NCBI GenBank assembly: GCA_035604955.1
Contig: DATNHM010000056.1
Span: 22,733-86,732 of the forward strand
DNA length: 64,000 bases
Direction of reading: 5' to 3'
Source: Candidatus Limnocylindrales bacterium
Lineage (GTDB): Bacteria; Verrucomicrobiota; Verrucomicrobiia; Limisphaerales; UBA11358
The first letter of the stretch is position 1. The number at the start of each line of letters is the position of its first letter. Positions 9,649 to 18,506 of this stretch are shown piece by piece. The notes beneath the pieces are model-generated. The model had not been told where the DNA came from, did no database searches, and was given only the letters and a program-made list of their open reading frames with translations. A program made the position numbers and the translations under genes.

Positions 9649-11892
9649 TCAATGCGTCAGACGCGTCGCCATGGCGTAGATGATCAGAATCAGCAGGATA
9701 ATGCCGAGGCCGAAGAAGAAATAGCCGAACGAGCGCGCGATGTTTTTCCAGCGTTCCCATTCATCCTTCACGCGGTGCTCGTCCAGTTTGCCTTCCGCCA
9801 CGAGACGGTCGTACCAGCGTTTGCGCTCGTGCAGCATTTCGGTTTTGGAAACGCGGCCGGAGAAGATGACCGTATCCATCGGGAATTTCTCGATGCGAAA
9901 ATGCGTGTTGAAGAAATGGATTGAGAAAATGAAGCCCGCCGCCAGCAATGCCTCGTCCGAGTGCAGGATGAGCGCGATGTTGATGATCCAGCCCGGCAGG
10001 AAGCGCGTGAAAAATGTCGGGAACCACATGATCAGTCCCGACGCGCCGATGATAGCTACACCCCAGAACACGGCAAAGTAATCGAATTTTTCCCAATACG
10101 TCCAGCGGTCGAACTCGGGTTTCGGGCCTTTGCCGAAGAACCACTTGTTGTGCGCCACGAAATCACGCCAGTCCTGCAGCGTGGGCACCATGGAGTCAGG
10201 ACCGAACAATGTTTTCCAAAGCCGGTTGAGTTGGAATCGGCCGCTGGCCGGGTCGCGCAGCGATTTCCGGCCTTTCCACGCCTTGCCCGCCAACGCGACG
10301 AGGTGAAGACCGAAGTAAAAAAAGGTGACGATGGCGCCGAGACGGTGCAACGTCCGCGCGGTTTCCGGGCCGCCAATGACGCTGAAGATCGTTTTGGCCC
10401 AGTCGGTGTAATAAAATTTGAGGGGCATGCCGGTGATGACCAGCAGGAGAAAACTCGTCACGACCAGGAAATGCAGGAAACGCTCAAACGGCGAGAAACG
10501 CGTGAACCATTCGCCGTCCACCTGCGTTTGAATTTTCGCTTCGCGGAATTTCTTCGAGTCGTGCAGGTAGAGATAAATCGCGCGCACCAGCCAGCCGAGG
10601 GTGTGCAGGCCAAAGAACGCGAACGTGCCGATGAGCAGGCCGGTCATGGCCAGAAACACCGCATGGAGCAGTGGATAATTTTTCCCGTCCATCGGATTGG
10701 CGTGGGGTTTGTATTCAGTGAATTTGGCCGTGGCACCGGGATGACATTGCTGGCAGGTGGCCAGAATGTTGGTTTTGGACAGATGCGACCGCGGATCAGA
10801 GGGCGGCAGCACGTCGTGATAGCCGTGGCAATCGTAACAGGCGGCGACCTGCGGGGCGGCGTTGGGTTTGCCCAACGCCACGGCCTTGCCATGGTAAGTA
10901 TCCCGGTAACCTGCCAGCCGGTCAGCGTGGCATTTGCCACAACGTTCGTCGCTGATGGCTTTGAAATTGTTGCCTTCCGGATTCACAATTTCGTGCGCGG
11001 TGTGGCAATCCGTACAGACCGGCCCGCGCGGATCGCCCCTGGCCAATAATTGGCCGTGAATGCTCCGGTTGTATGTTTCTTCGACGCCGAGATGACATTT
11101 ACCACAGGTCCGGGCGACGTTGGCGTGGTTGATGGGTGAATCGCGATCCACGGCGCGCTTGATGTCATGGACACCGTGGCAATCGTCGCACGACGGCGCG
11201 ACGATCAGGCCCATCTTGAGCAATGCCTGCCCGTGAATGCTGTCCATGTATTGCGCCGCCGCCTCGGGATGATTGATTTCGTATTCCTTCGTCAGTCCCC
11301 GATTGCTGTGGCATTTTGCGCATGTCAAGGGCAGGTTCATCTTGAATACGGGCGAAGCCGGGTCCTTGACCGGGAGAATGCCGTGTGAGCCGTGGCAATC
11401 CCAGCAATTCGCCGCGCCGGAGGCGCCAAGCATGTGGCTCACGCCGTGAATGCTTGTGGCATAATCCTTCGCTTCCTTTTCATGACAGTGCGCGCAGTCG
11501 GGCGGACCCAACGGGTCGTGAACAAGGTCTTTGACGCCAGTGTGACAATCCACACAGGCGAGGTTGGCATGGACTGATTTCTGAAAGACATTCGTCGGAA
11601 AAACCAGCGATTCGGTTTTGCCGTTGACCACGCGCGTGGTGTTGGGATCAAGATGGCAACCCAGGCAATCCGCGTTGGCAAATTTCGCCGGCGCGTTGGT
11701 CGGGGCGGTTTCCTGGGCCGTCGCAACGCTGACCACCAACCCGAAGCAGGCCAGCAGGCAAATCACTGCCGCTCCGACGGCCTGATGCCGGACCACACCC
11801 GGGCGCAAAATGAACACCGGGCAATCGCCGGTCACCGCCGCTACGGTTGTTTTATTTGCACTCATCGTGAATTTTTCTGCCCGCATCGGCAA
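9649..11892 (-). CDS. eleven-haem c-type cytochrome fused to a membrane cytochrome b domain (paralogue of the downstream gene)
   Basis: Eleven CxxCH motifs counted: CLGCH, CVDCH, CAHCH, CWDCH, CAKCH, CDDCH, CGKCH, CTDCH, CGKCH, CYDCH, CQQCH. A polytopic C-terminal half follows. An alternative start MSANK lies at 11865. Confidence 0.85.
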   Translation of the reverse strand: MPMRAEKFTMSANKTTVAAVTGDCPVFILRPGVVRHQAVGAAVICLLACFGLVVSVATAQETAPTNAPAKFANADCLGCHLDPNTTRVVNGKTESLVFPTNVFQKSVHANLACVDCHTGVKDLVHDPLGPPDCAHCHEKEAKDYATSIHGVSHMLGASGAANCWDCHGSHGILPVKDPASPVFKMNLPLTCAKCHSNRGLTKEYEINHPEAAAQYMDSIHGQALLKMGLIVAPSCDDCHGVHDIKRAVDRDSPINHANVARTCGKCHLGVEETYNRSIHGQLLARGDPRGPVCTDCHTAHEIVNPEGNNFKAISDERCGKCHADRLAGYRDTYHGKAVALGKPNAAPQVAACYDCHGYHDVLPPSDPRSHLSKTNILATCQQCHPGATAKFTEYKPHANPMDGKNYPLLHAVFLAMTGLLIGTFAFFGLHTLGWLVRAIYLYLHDSKKFREAKIQTQVDGEWFTRFSPFERFLHFLVVTSFLLLVITGMPLKFYYTDWAKTIFSVIGGPETARTLHRLGAIVTFFYFGLHLVALAGKAWKGRKSLRDPASGRFQLNRLWKTLFGPDSMVPTLQDWRDFVAHNKWFFGKGPKPEFDRWTYWEKFDYFAVFWGVAIIGASGLIMWFPTFFTRFLPGWIINIALILHSDEALLAAGFIFSIHFFNTHFRIEKFPMDTVIFSGRVSKTEMLHERKRWYDRLVAEGKLDEHRVKDEWERWKNIARSFGYFFFGLGIILLILIIYAMATRLTH

Positions 11893-11957
11893 CAGCCGGC
11901 CTTTTCGCGGTTTCTCTCCGCGCTCCTGTGCGCACGAATTACAGCCTTCCGGTGGTG

Positions 11958-12287
11958 CTACTTCTTGAAAGTCCGCATGTAAGCCACCAGACCCTTGATA
12001 TCTTCGTCGGACAGATTTGCGGCCGGCCTCATCACGTTCTTACCGTCACTGGTCTTGAAACCTTCCTTGATGGCCTTGTACGCGGCATCATCGGTCAGCG
12101 CGGCCTGAACACTGGCATCAGTGTAGTCTTTACAGTTGAGCCGCTTGCCCATGTTGGTCTGGCCCTTGCCATCAGCGCCATGGCAGCGGGCGCATGAGGC
12201 AGCCCAGTTATCCTTCGGGTCCGCGGCGGAAGCCGCCAGGGCGGCGGTAAAACCCATGACGCCGGCAAATAGAATTATCTTTTTCAT
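11958..12287 (-). CDS. small monohaem class-I c-type cytochrome
   Basis: MKKIILFAGVMGFTAALAASA signal peptide, a single CARCHGADGKG haem site, and a distal Met region (NVMRPA). The internal start at 12287 is preferred to the ORF-track start at 12341. Confidence 0.8.
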   Translation of the reverse strand: MKKIILFAGVMGFTAALAASAADPKDNWAASCARCHGADGKGQTNMGKRLNCKDYTDASVQAALTDDAAYKAIKEGFKTSDGKNVMRPAANLSDEDIKGLVAYMRTFKK

Positions 12288-12537
12288 CGTTGTTGGCTTG
12301 TTTTCGTGTTTTGGGGGCGCAGTTATTCGCGCCTTTTCCAATAATAGCGTCGTTGATGAGGTCAGTATTCACTACCCATGTTTTGGCCAACGCACGGCAT
12401 TTTTTGCGTTACAAAAGAAAACAACCGATTGGAATGCTGGCGAAGCACTGGCGGAAAACGGGTGACGGAGCCGCGGATAGCGGATCCGCGCTTCCGCAGC
12501 GGCGGGCATTCCTCCAAACCAACGCTGCCGGTTCCGG

Positions 12538-13833
12538 TTATTTCGGCAGATTCGACCCGGGCAGATAAATCGTGAAGGCGGTGCCTTCGCCGGATCGGGT
12601 GTGGACATGCAGCGCGCCGTGAGCTTCCTTGATCAGCCGCTGAACGATGCTGAGGCCCAGCCCGGTCCCCTGGCGCGCGCCCTTGGTGGTAAAGTAAGGT
12701 TGAAAAATCTTTGGCAATACCTCCGGTGGAATGCCCGGTCCGTTGTCGCGCACCCACAGTTTGACCACAGGCGAGGTGTTGTCCGCGCCTTCGACATTGA
12801 GCAACCGGTCATTCGGGGTGTCCTTGAACTTGGAGAGATCCAGCGGCGTGCGCAGAATCTCGCCGCCAATTTCCACACGATGCTTCTGCGGCACGCATTG
12901 AAAGGCGTTCACGGCCAGGTTGAGCAAAATCTGGATGAGGTCGGTGCCGTTGATTTTGACGCCCGTGTCCTCGGCCAAAGGCGTGATGCTGAATTCGTTC
13001 TCCTGCACGCTGGGGTGCACCCGCATGAGTTGCTCCAGGTCCTTGAGCAACTGATTGACACTGACGCGCGGAGCGTGTTCGTCCGACTGGCGGCGGAGAA
13101 AACCGAGATACCGCCGGGAAATTTCAATGCAATTGCCCACCTGCCGCGCGATGATGCGCAGGCGGTCCTTGATGAACTCCAAATCCTCCAGTTCCATTTG
13201 CGAAGTGCGGTTGAGCCGCTGGCTGAGCACCTGCACAAAGCCGGAAATGACCGTCAACGGGCCGTTGATGTCATGGATGATGCTGGCATAGATGTCGCCG
13301 CGCGTCTTGGCGATCTGTTCCTCGATGCGTTGGTTCTGCAATTCCGTCAGCAACTCCTGGACTTTTTCCGCACTATTGTGAATTTCGCCCTCGAGGACCC
13401 GGCGTTGCATGGCCTGCGCGACGGCGCTGCGAATGGTCGCAATGTCGAACGGCTTGTTGATGTAATCGCACGCGCGCAGCCGCAGCGCCTGCCGGATGGT
13501 GTCCGTCGTCTCGAACGCCGTGATCATGATCGCCTCGATTTCCGGGTTCACGAATTTGAGGCGTTCCAGCGCCTCGATGCCCGACATGCCCGCCATGCGG
13601 ATGTCCAGCACCGCCACGTCCACCGGATGCTTTTGCGCCAGCTCAATCGCCGTCGGCCCGTCCTCGGCCATCAGCAAATCGTATTCGTCCTTGAAAATGA
13701 CGCGCAACGACTGGCGCGGGCCGTCCTCATCATCCACAATCAACAATACACCACGCCGTTTGATTGGTACCGGCTCAATGACATCGGCAATGACAGGCTC
13801 CGTCTCTACTTCAGAATCAGCGGTCAAGATCAT
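12538..13833 (-). CDS. hybrid response-regulator receiver / histidine kinase
   Basis: N-terminal REC (LLIVDDEDGPRQSL...VAVLDIRMAGMSG), HisKA H-box IIHDINGPLTVISGF, and HATPase G-boxes VRDNGPGIPPE and GTGLGLSIV. Confidence 0.85.
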   Translation of the reverse strand: MILTADSEVETEPVIADVIEPVPIKRRGVLLIVDDEDGPRQSLRVIFKDEYDLLMAEDGPTAIELAQKHPVDVAVLDIRMAGMSGIEALERLKFVNPEIEAIMITAFETTDTIRQALRLRACDYINKPFDIATIRSAVAQAMQRRVLEGEIHNSAEKVQELLTELQNQRIEEQIAKTRGDIYASIIHDINGPLTVISGFVQVLSQRLNRTSQMELEDLEFIKDRLRIIARQVGNCIEISRRYLGFLRRQSDEHAPRVSVNQLLKDLEQLMRVHPSVQENEFSITPLAEDTGVKINGTDLIQILLNLAVNAFQCVPQKHRVEIGGEILRTPLDLSKFKDTPNDRLLNVEGADNTSPVVKLWVRDNGPGIPPEVLPKIFQPYFTTKGARQGTGLGLSIVQRLIKEAHGALHVHTRSGEGTAFTIYLPGSNLPK

Positions 13834-13904
13834 AGATTGAAATCAAGTTGCTCGGTTCAATTTCACTGAAAACATCTAATAGGCCCATTCTACGCAAAAT
13901 GGCC

Positions 13905-14468
13905 TCACTCACAAGCGCAAAGCGTGCCAGATTTTGACAATCCCGAATGCAACAGGGCCAGCGCCTGCCGGGCGGTGATTTCCTTGAATTTCCTGCGTTC
14001 ACAAGCGTTGAATCTGCGCTCCACCACGGTTCCGAATGCCCCGGCCAGGGCAATGAAAACCGTCCCCACCGGCTTGGTTTTTGTCCCGCCGCCCGGTCCG
14101 GCAATGCCGGTGATGCCCAGCGCAAAATCCGCGCCGAACTTTCTCCGCGCCCCTTCGGCCAACTCGCGCGCCACGGCTTCGCTCACCGCGCCGTGCGACG
14201 TGAGCGTTTCCCTCCGGACGCCAAGAAATTTTTGCTTGGCCGCGTTGCTATAGGCCACCACGCCGCCCAGCAATACCGCCGAGGCGCCGGGCACGTTCGT
14301 GAGCCGGTGCGCCAGGCAACCGCCCGTGCAGGATTCGGCCAGCGCGAGCGTCTGCTTTCGTCCCGCGAGCCGCCGGAGCAACTCCGCTTCAAGTCTGAAG
14401 TCCGTCCTGGAACCAACGTTCTTGCCGGCAACGGATTTGGGCATGGCGGGATTCCGGGCAGCCTTCAC
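13905..14468 (-). CDS. pncC: CinA-family C-terminal domain protein (nicotinamide-nucleotide amidohydrolase PncC-like)
   Basis: [44 protein letters not shown]...[12 protein letters not shown] is the CinA_C signature. Confidence 0.75.
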   Translation of the reverse strand: MKAARNPAMPKSVAGKNVGSRTDFRLEAELLRRLAGRKQTLALAESCTGGCLAHRLTNVPGASAVLLGGVVAYSNAAKQKFLGVRRETLTSHGAVSEAVARELAEGARRKFGADFALGITGIAGPGGGTKTKPVGTVFIALAGAFGTVVERRFNACERRKFKEITARQALALLHSGLSKSGTLCACE

Positions 14469-15292
14469 GGCGAGCGGCGCGGTCGAAAATTCTGGATTTC
14501 AGCGGTGAATGTTCCGACGACGTAACTTTTCATCTCGTCCGGCAGACAAAGATAAACCTTTCCCGGCAACCGATTGCTGGAAACCGTTCCGAATTCCAGC
14601 CTCATCGCATAACCATTGGTAAATGATTCTGTGACTCGCATATTGCCATCCCGCCAAACCAGTGCGACTGCCGGAATGGAACCGGTCTGATTGGCGCCGA
14701 CTTCAAAATTCCTGCCGCTCAGCACTTCCATTTCGTTCGAGGCATCGTCGCTGTGGACAAGAAAAATGTTCGCCGCCATCTCCGCCTGCCAGCCCGGGCC
14801 GGACCGCAACGTCAGGAAATCATGCAGCAAAACCGCCTCCCGATAGACGAAATCCCTGCCGTGAATTTTTCCCGCCGCGGCTTTTTTCGGGTAAACCGCA
14901 TTCTTCAAATCCAAAGTCCAAAGCGGGCTGATCGCCATCGGCACCGCATTGGTTTCCGCCATCGCCGTCCGCCCCGGCTGCGACTGGACAATCTTCTCGC
15001 GCACGAACAGCGCCGTGACAACGGCGCACGCCAGAATCAGCGCGAAGATCAACAACGCGGGTTTCCTTTGATGCACCACGGGCGAGGCTGCCTTCGTGGA
15101 GGGCGCGGGCGGGAGGATGACCGGCTTGAGATATTGCGTCGCGGACAGTTGATATTTTGAACCCACCGCCGGCGCCTTGGGCACGATGACGATTTGGAAA
15201 CAGGTCGGGCATTCCACTTGCGCGCCGCTGGCACTCGAATCCACCGCCATGCGTTGGCCGCAAACCGGGCAGGCAAATTTGAACTCGCTCAT
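14465..15292 (-). CDS. hypothetical zinc-ribbon membrane protein
   Basis: [18 protein letters not shown]...[13 protein letters not shown] (CxxC...CxxC), then one TM helix ([17 protein letters not shown]) and an uncharacterised domain. Start chosen at the internal Met. Confidence 0.45.
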   Translation of the reverse strand: MSEFKFACPVCGQRMAVDSSASGAQVECPTCFQIVIVPKAPAVGSKYQLSATQYLKPVILPPAPSTKAASPVVHQRKPALLIFALILACAVVTALFVREKIVQSQPGRTAMAETNAVPMAISPLWTLDLKNAVYPKKAAAGKIHGRDFVYREAVLLHDFLTLRSGPGWQAEMAANIFLVHSDDASNEMEVLSGRNFEVGANQTGSIPAVALVWRDGNMRVTESFTNGYAMRLEFGTVSSNRLPGKVYLCLPDEMKSYVVGTFTAEIQNFRPRRSP

Positions 15293-15436
15293 GGCTGACC
15301 GGGAAAACATTTCACATCCACGCCCCAGCGGCAATGAGGATTTTAAGTAATTTTAATCCGTCTTTGGGATTGAATTTTGCCGCCGCATCTCAAAACCTGT
15401 GTTGATCCGCGTTCAGCGGCGATTTAACCAAAGCAC

Positions 15437-16852
15437 ATGAAAAAAATTTCTCCTGTCTCCCGCAGCGGACGGTTTGCCGGCGGCCCGGCGGCAGAGCTGG
15501 CTCAATTCACCCAATCCGTCTCGTTTGACCGGCGGCTCTGGCGGCACGACCTCCTCGGTTCACTCGTCCACGCCGACATGCTCCAAAAAATCGGCGTGCT
15601 CTCACGCGCCGAACGCAACAGCATCGTGCATGGCCTCAAAACCCTCGCCCGGGAAATCGAACAGGGAAGATTCCGGTGGAAGGCCGGGCTCGAAGACGTC
15701 CACATGAACATCGAGGCCGAATTGACCCGGCGCGTGCCTGCCGGCGCAAAACTGCATACCGCCCGGTCGCGTAACGACCAGGTTGCTCTCGACGTGCGGC
15801 TCTGGCTGCGCGATGAAATTGTCATGTTGCTCGGGGAAATCGCCGATTTGCAGCGGACCCTGGTTTCGCTCAGTGAAAAGAACGCCGACGTGCTCATTCC
15901 CGGCTACACGCACCTGCAACGCGCGCAGCCGGTCTATCTTGCCCACCACCTGCTCGCCTATGTTGAGATGCTCGAACGCGATTGCGAACGGCTTTGGGAT
16001 TGCCACTCGCGCGTGAACGTCTGTCCGCTCGGCAGCGGCGCGTTGGCCGGCTCCACCCTGCCGCTCGACCGTGAATTCGTCGCCCGGCTGCTCGGCTTCG
16101 TGGACGCCAGCGGCCGGCCACAGCTTACGCAAAATTCCATGGACGCTGTCAGCGACCGGGATTTCGCCGTCGAATTCTGCGCCGCCGCCGCGTTGCTGGC
16201 CGTTCATTTCTCCCGGCTGGCAGAGGATTTGATCCTTTGGACGAGCGCGGAATTCAACTTCATCAAAATCGCCGATGCCTACACGACCGGCTCCTCGCTG
16301 ATGCCGCAGAAGAAAAATCCCGACATTGCCGAACTGGCGCGCGGCAAATCCGGCCGCGTCATCGGCAACCTCGTTGCCCTGCTGACGTTGCTGAAAGGCT
16401 TGCCGATGACTTACAACCGCGATTTGCAGGAGGACAAGGAACGGCTGTTCGACACCACCGACACGGTTCGCGCCACCACGCGCCTCCTGACCGCAATGTT
16501 GCGGAATACAAAAATCAATCGCGCCGCGTGCGAAGTTGCCGCGAATGACCCGGCCTTGCTGGTAACCGACCTGGCAGATTATCTCGTGCGGAAAGGAATG
16601 CCGTTTCGGCAGGCGCATCATGTCGTCGGCGCGGTTGTCGCGCTGGCGGAAAAACTTGGCAAACCGCTGAACCGGCTGACGCTCGCCGAATTGCAGTCCG
16701 TGGACCCGGTGACCGGGACCAAATTTTTTGGCCGCGACGCGCTGGCGGTGTTCGATTTGAAACGCGCAATGGCAAAGCGCCATCTCACCGGCGCGCCGGG
16801 AACAAAGGAAGTCGCGAAGCAACTCACGCGCTGGCGGGAACAGCTTTCGTAG
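15437..16852 (+). CDS. argH: argininosuccinate lyase
   Basis: 471 aa. Motifs HTARSRNDQVALDVRLW, YTHLQRAQP, and the fumarate-lyase signature GSSLMPQKKNPD. Confidence 0.95.
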   Translation: MKKISPVSRSGRFAGGPAAELAQFTQSVSFDRRLWRHDLLGSLVHADMLQKIGVLSRAERNSIVHGLKTLAREIEQGRFRWKAGLEDVHMNIEAELTRRVPAGAKLHTARSRNDQVALDVRLWLRDEIVMLLGEIADLQRTLVSLSEKNADVLIPGYTHLQRAQPVYLAHHLLAYVEMLERDCERLWDCHSRVNVCPLGSGALAGSTLPLDREFVARLLGFVDASGRPQLTQNSMDAVSDRDFAVEFCAAAALLAVHFSRLAEDLILWTSAEFNFIKIADAYTTGSSLMPQKKNPDIAELARGKSGRVIGNLVALLTLLKGLPMTYNRDLQEDKERLFDTTDTVRATTRLLTAMLRNTKINRAACEVAANDPALLVTDLADYLVRKGMPFRQAHHVVGAVVALAEKLGKPLNRLTLAELQSVDPVTGTKFFGRDALAVFDLKRAMAKRHLTGAPGTKEVAKQLTRWREQLS

Positions 16853-17586
16853 TGAGTTCAAAAAAAGAAACGAGGCAATTTGTTCTTGGGTTTTTCAATC
16901 CGAGCTTATTCGGCATTTATGTTTTTATTGCTGTCCTGTCTGTGGTCATTTTTGGTGTTTATCTTTACGGATATGGTTGTTGGTTTCGAGCTGGTGACTT
17001 TGTTTTCATATTTATCATCCCGACAATTTGCATTCTGTTTCTGATTGTCGTTTCGGCAGGTTGGTCGCAGGCGCAAATTTGGAAGCGTCTGTTAAAGCAG
17101 CCAGAAACAAATCAAATGCCCTTGTCCGAATTGTTATACAGGGCCGCAATTGTGGCTTTTGTAATCTTTTTTTTGAGCGCTGGCGTTGGTGCAAAAACCC
17201 GTGAAACACGCACCCGGCGAATTTGCAGAGACTGCAACACCCTGATTGCCGATCTCGAAAAGGAAAAGAAATTGGACGGCATCTATCCGACTAATGCCGT
17301 GGTTTTGGTGAAAGGAAATACAGTTTTACACCGTAAATATTTTTTTTATTACGGTCAGCCTAGTACGAATGGAATTGAATGGTCTGCCGATAAAATTGCC
17401 GAAGCGAACATAAGCCTTTTTATCACAACAAACAGTTTTCAATTAGTGGTGCCAATTGAAAAAATGTCCCCGATTAGTTTTTCCAGCTTTTTTGTTTATT
17501 CCTATACTTCCGAGCATCCTTATTGGAACAAAACGAAACTTCACTGGTTCCTCGGCGGCGCTTTTATTGACGAACCAGAACATTGA
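16852..17586 (+). CDS. hypothetical membrane protein, AT-rich orphan
   Basis: GTG start overlaps the argH stop (TAGTG). Three or four predicted TM helices sit in the first 110 aa. Lines I counted are about 35-40% G+C, much lower than the flanks. No family recognised. Confidence 0.45.
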   Translation: MSSKKETRQFVLGFFNPSLFGIYVFIAVLSVVIFGVYLYGYGCWFRAGDFVFIFIIPTICILFLIVVSAGWSQAQIWKRLLKQPETNQMPLSELLYRAAIVAFVIFFLSAGVGAKTRETRTRRICRDCNTLIADLEKEKKLDGIYPTNAVVLVKGNTVLHRKYFFYYGQPSTNGIEWSADKIAEANISLFITTNSFQLVVPIEKMSPISFSSFFVYSYTSEHPYWNKTKLHWFLGGAFIDEPEH

Positions 17587-17668
17587 ATCCTGAAACTTTG
17601 GTTGATTCTGTCTCAATACCAATCGTCTTGCATGAATGGCGGCGCGGCATGTCGCGCTTGTTTCCCCT

Positions 17669-17940
17669 GTCCTTTCAGGACAAATTTTTTCACCTGTTTG
17701 TTCCAGACACTAACGTGTCTGGCTAATGTCCGCCGTCGCTCCGCAACAAACTTCGTGCCGTAGGCACAAGTGGATATTAGCCAGCCACAAGGTGGCTGGT
17801 AACGTTCCGCAAAAAAATCCTCCCCGTCCCGGCGGGACGGCGGAAACATCCGTGCTCAATCCATTTGCAAATTCGGCCGTCCTTTCAGGACGAATTCATT
17901 TGCACATCTTGACCAGACACGTTGTATCCGGCTAATGTCC
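17669..17940. repeat. cluster of REP-like hairpins upstream of the RAYT gene
   Basis: Hairpins read directly:
- GTCCTTTCAGGAC (17669-17681 and again 17879-17891)
- CCAGACAC-TAAC-GTGTCTGG followed by CTAATGTCC (17703-17731)
- GTGCC-GTA-GGCAC (17755-17767)
- GGATATTAG followed by CCAGCCAC-AAG-GTGGCTGG (17772-17799, inverted orientation)
- CCGTCCCGGCGGGACGG (17824-17840)
- degenerate CCAGACAC...CCGG followed by CTAATGTCC (17913-17940). Confidence 0.75.
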
Positions 17941-17966
17941 AATGTCGCTTCGCGATAATATGGCGT

Positions 17967-18413
17967 ATGCCATCAACTCATTTAAGCCTGCACTACCACA
18001 TCGTCTTCAGCACGAAAGACCGGCACCCGTTCGTTGCCGATGCGTGGCGTTCACGCTTGCACGAATATCTCGGTGGACTGGTCCGCGCAGCGGATGGAAT
18101 CCCCGAAGCCATCGGTGGCACGGCGGATCATGTTCATTTACTGGTTGGTTTGCGCGCAACCCATGCGCTCGCGGCGTTCGTGCAGGACGTCAAACAGTCT
18201 TCGTCGCGCTGGATACACGAAGTCATCGGCATAAAGAATTTCGCGTGGCAACCAGGTTATGGCGCATTTACGGTGAGTGTTTCAAACTGCGAGGCGGTCA
18301 AAGAATACATTGCCCATCAAGCAGAACATCACCGGACAAAATCATTTCAAGAGGAATATGTGACTTTTCTCCAAAAACACGGTGTGGAATACGATGAAAA
18401 ATATTTGTGGTGA
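17967..18413 (+). CDS. IS200/IS605-like Y1 transposase of the REP-associated (RAYT) type
   Basis: MPSTHLSLHYHIVFSTKDRHP...GGTADHVHLLVGL (HuH motif)...SSRWIH...QPGYGAFTVS...YIAHQAEHH. Start taken at the internal Met at 17967. Confidence 0.85.
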   Translation: MPSTHLSLHYHIVFSTKDRHPFVADAWRSRLHEYLGGLVRAADGIPEAIGGTADHVHLLVGLRATHALAAFVQDVKQSSSRWIHEVIGIKNFAWQPGYGAFTVSVSNCEAVKEYIAHQAEHHRTKSFQEEYVTFLQKHGVEYDEKYLW

Positions 18414-18424
18414 GCTTATCCGGC

Positions 18425-18504
18425 GTCCCTTGCGGGACACAATCCGGTTTGGTCTGGCTTTCCAGCCACTTCGTGGCTGGCTAATATCCAGTGTTCCTTT
18501 GGAA
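18425..18504. repeat. REP-like hairpins downstream of the RAYT gene
   Basis: GTCCC-TTGC-GGGAC (18425-18438). CCAGCCAC-TTC-GTGGCTGG followed by CTAATATCC (18462-18489), the same stem and tail as the upstream copies. GTTCC-TTT-GGAAC (18492-18504). Confidence 0.75.
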
Positions 18505-18506
18505 CA

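Noticed and set aside
7885-16861. Other large antisense ORFs: 7885-8772, 9961-11049, 12601-13869 (422 aa) and 15602-16861 (419 aa).
   Set aside because: Each lies fully within, and opposite to, a gene with strong family signatures (multihaem cytochromes, histidine kinase, argH). Their composition is typical of GC-rich non-coding frames.
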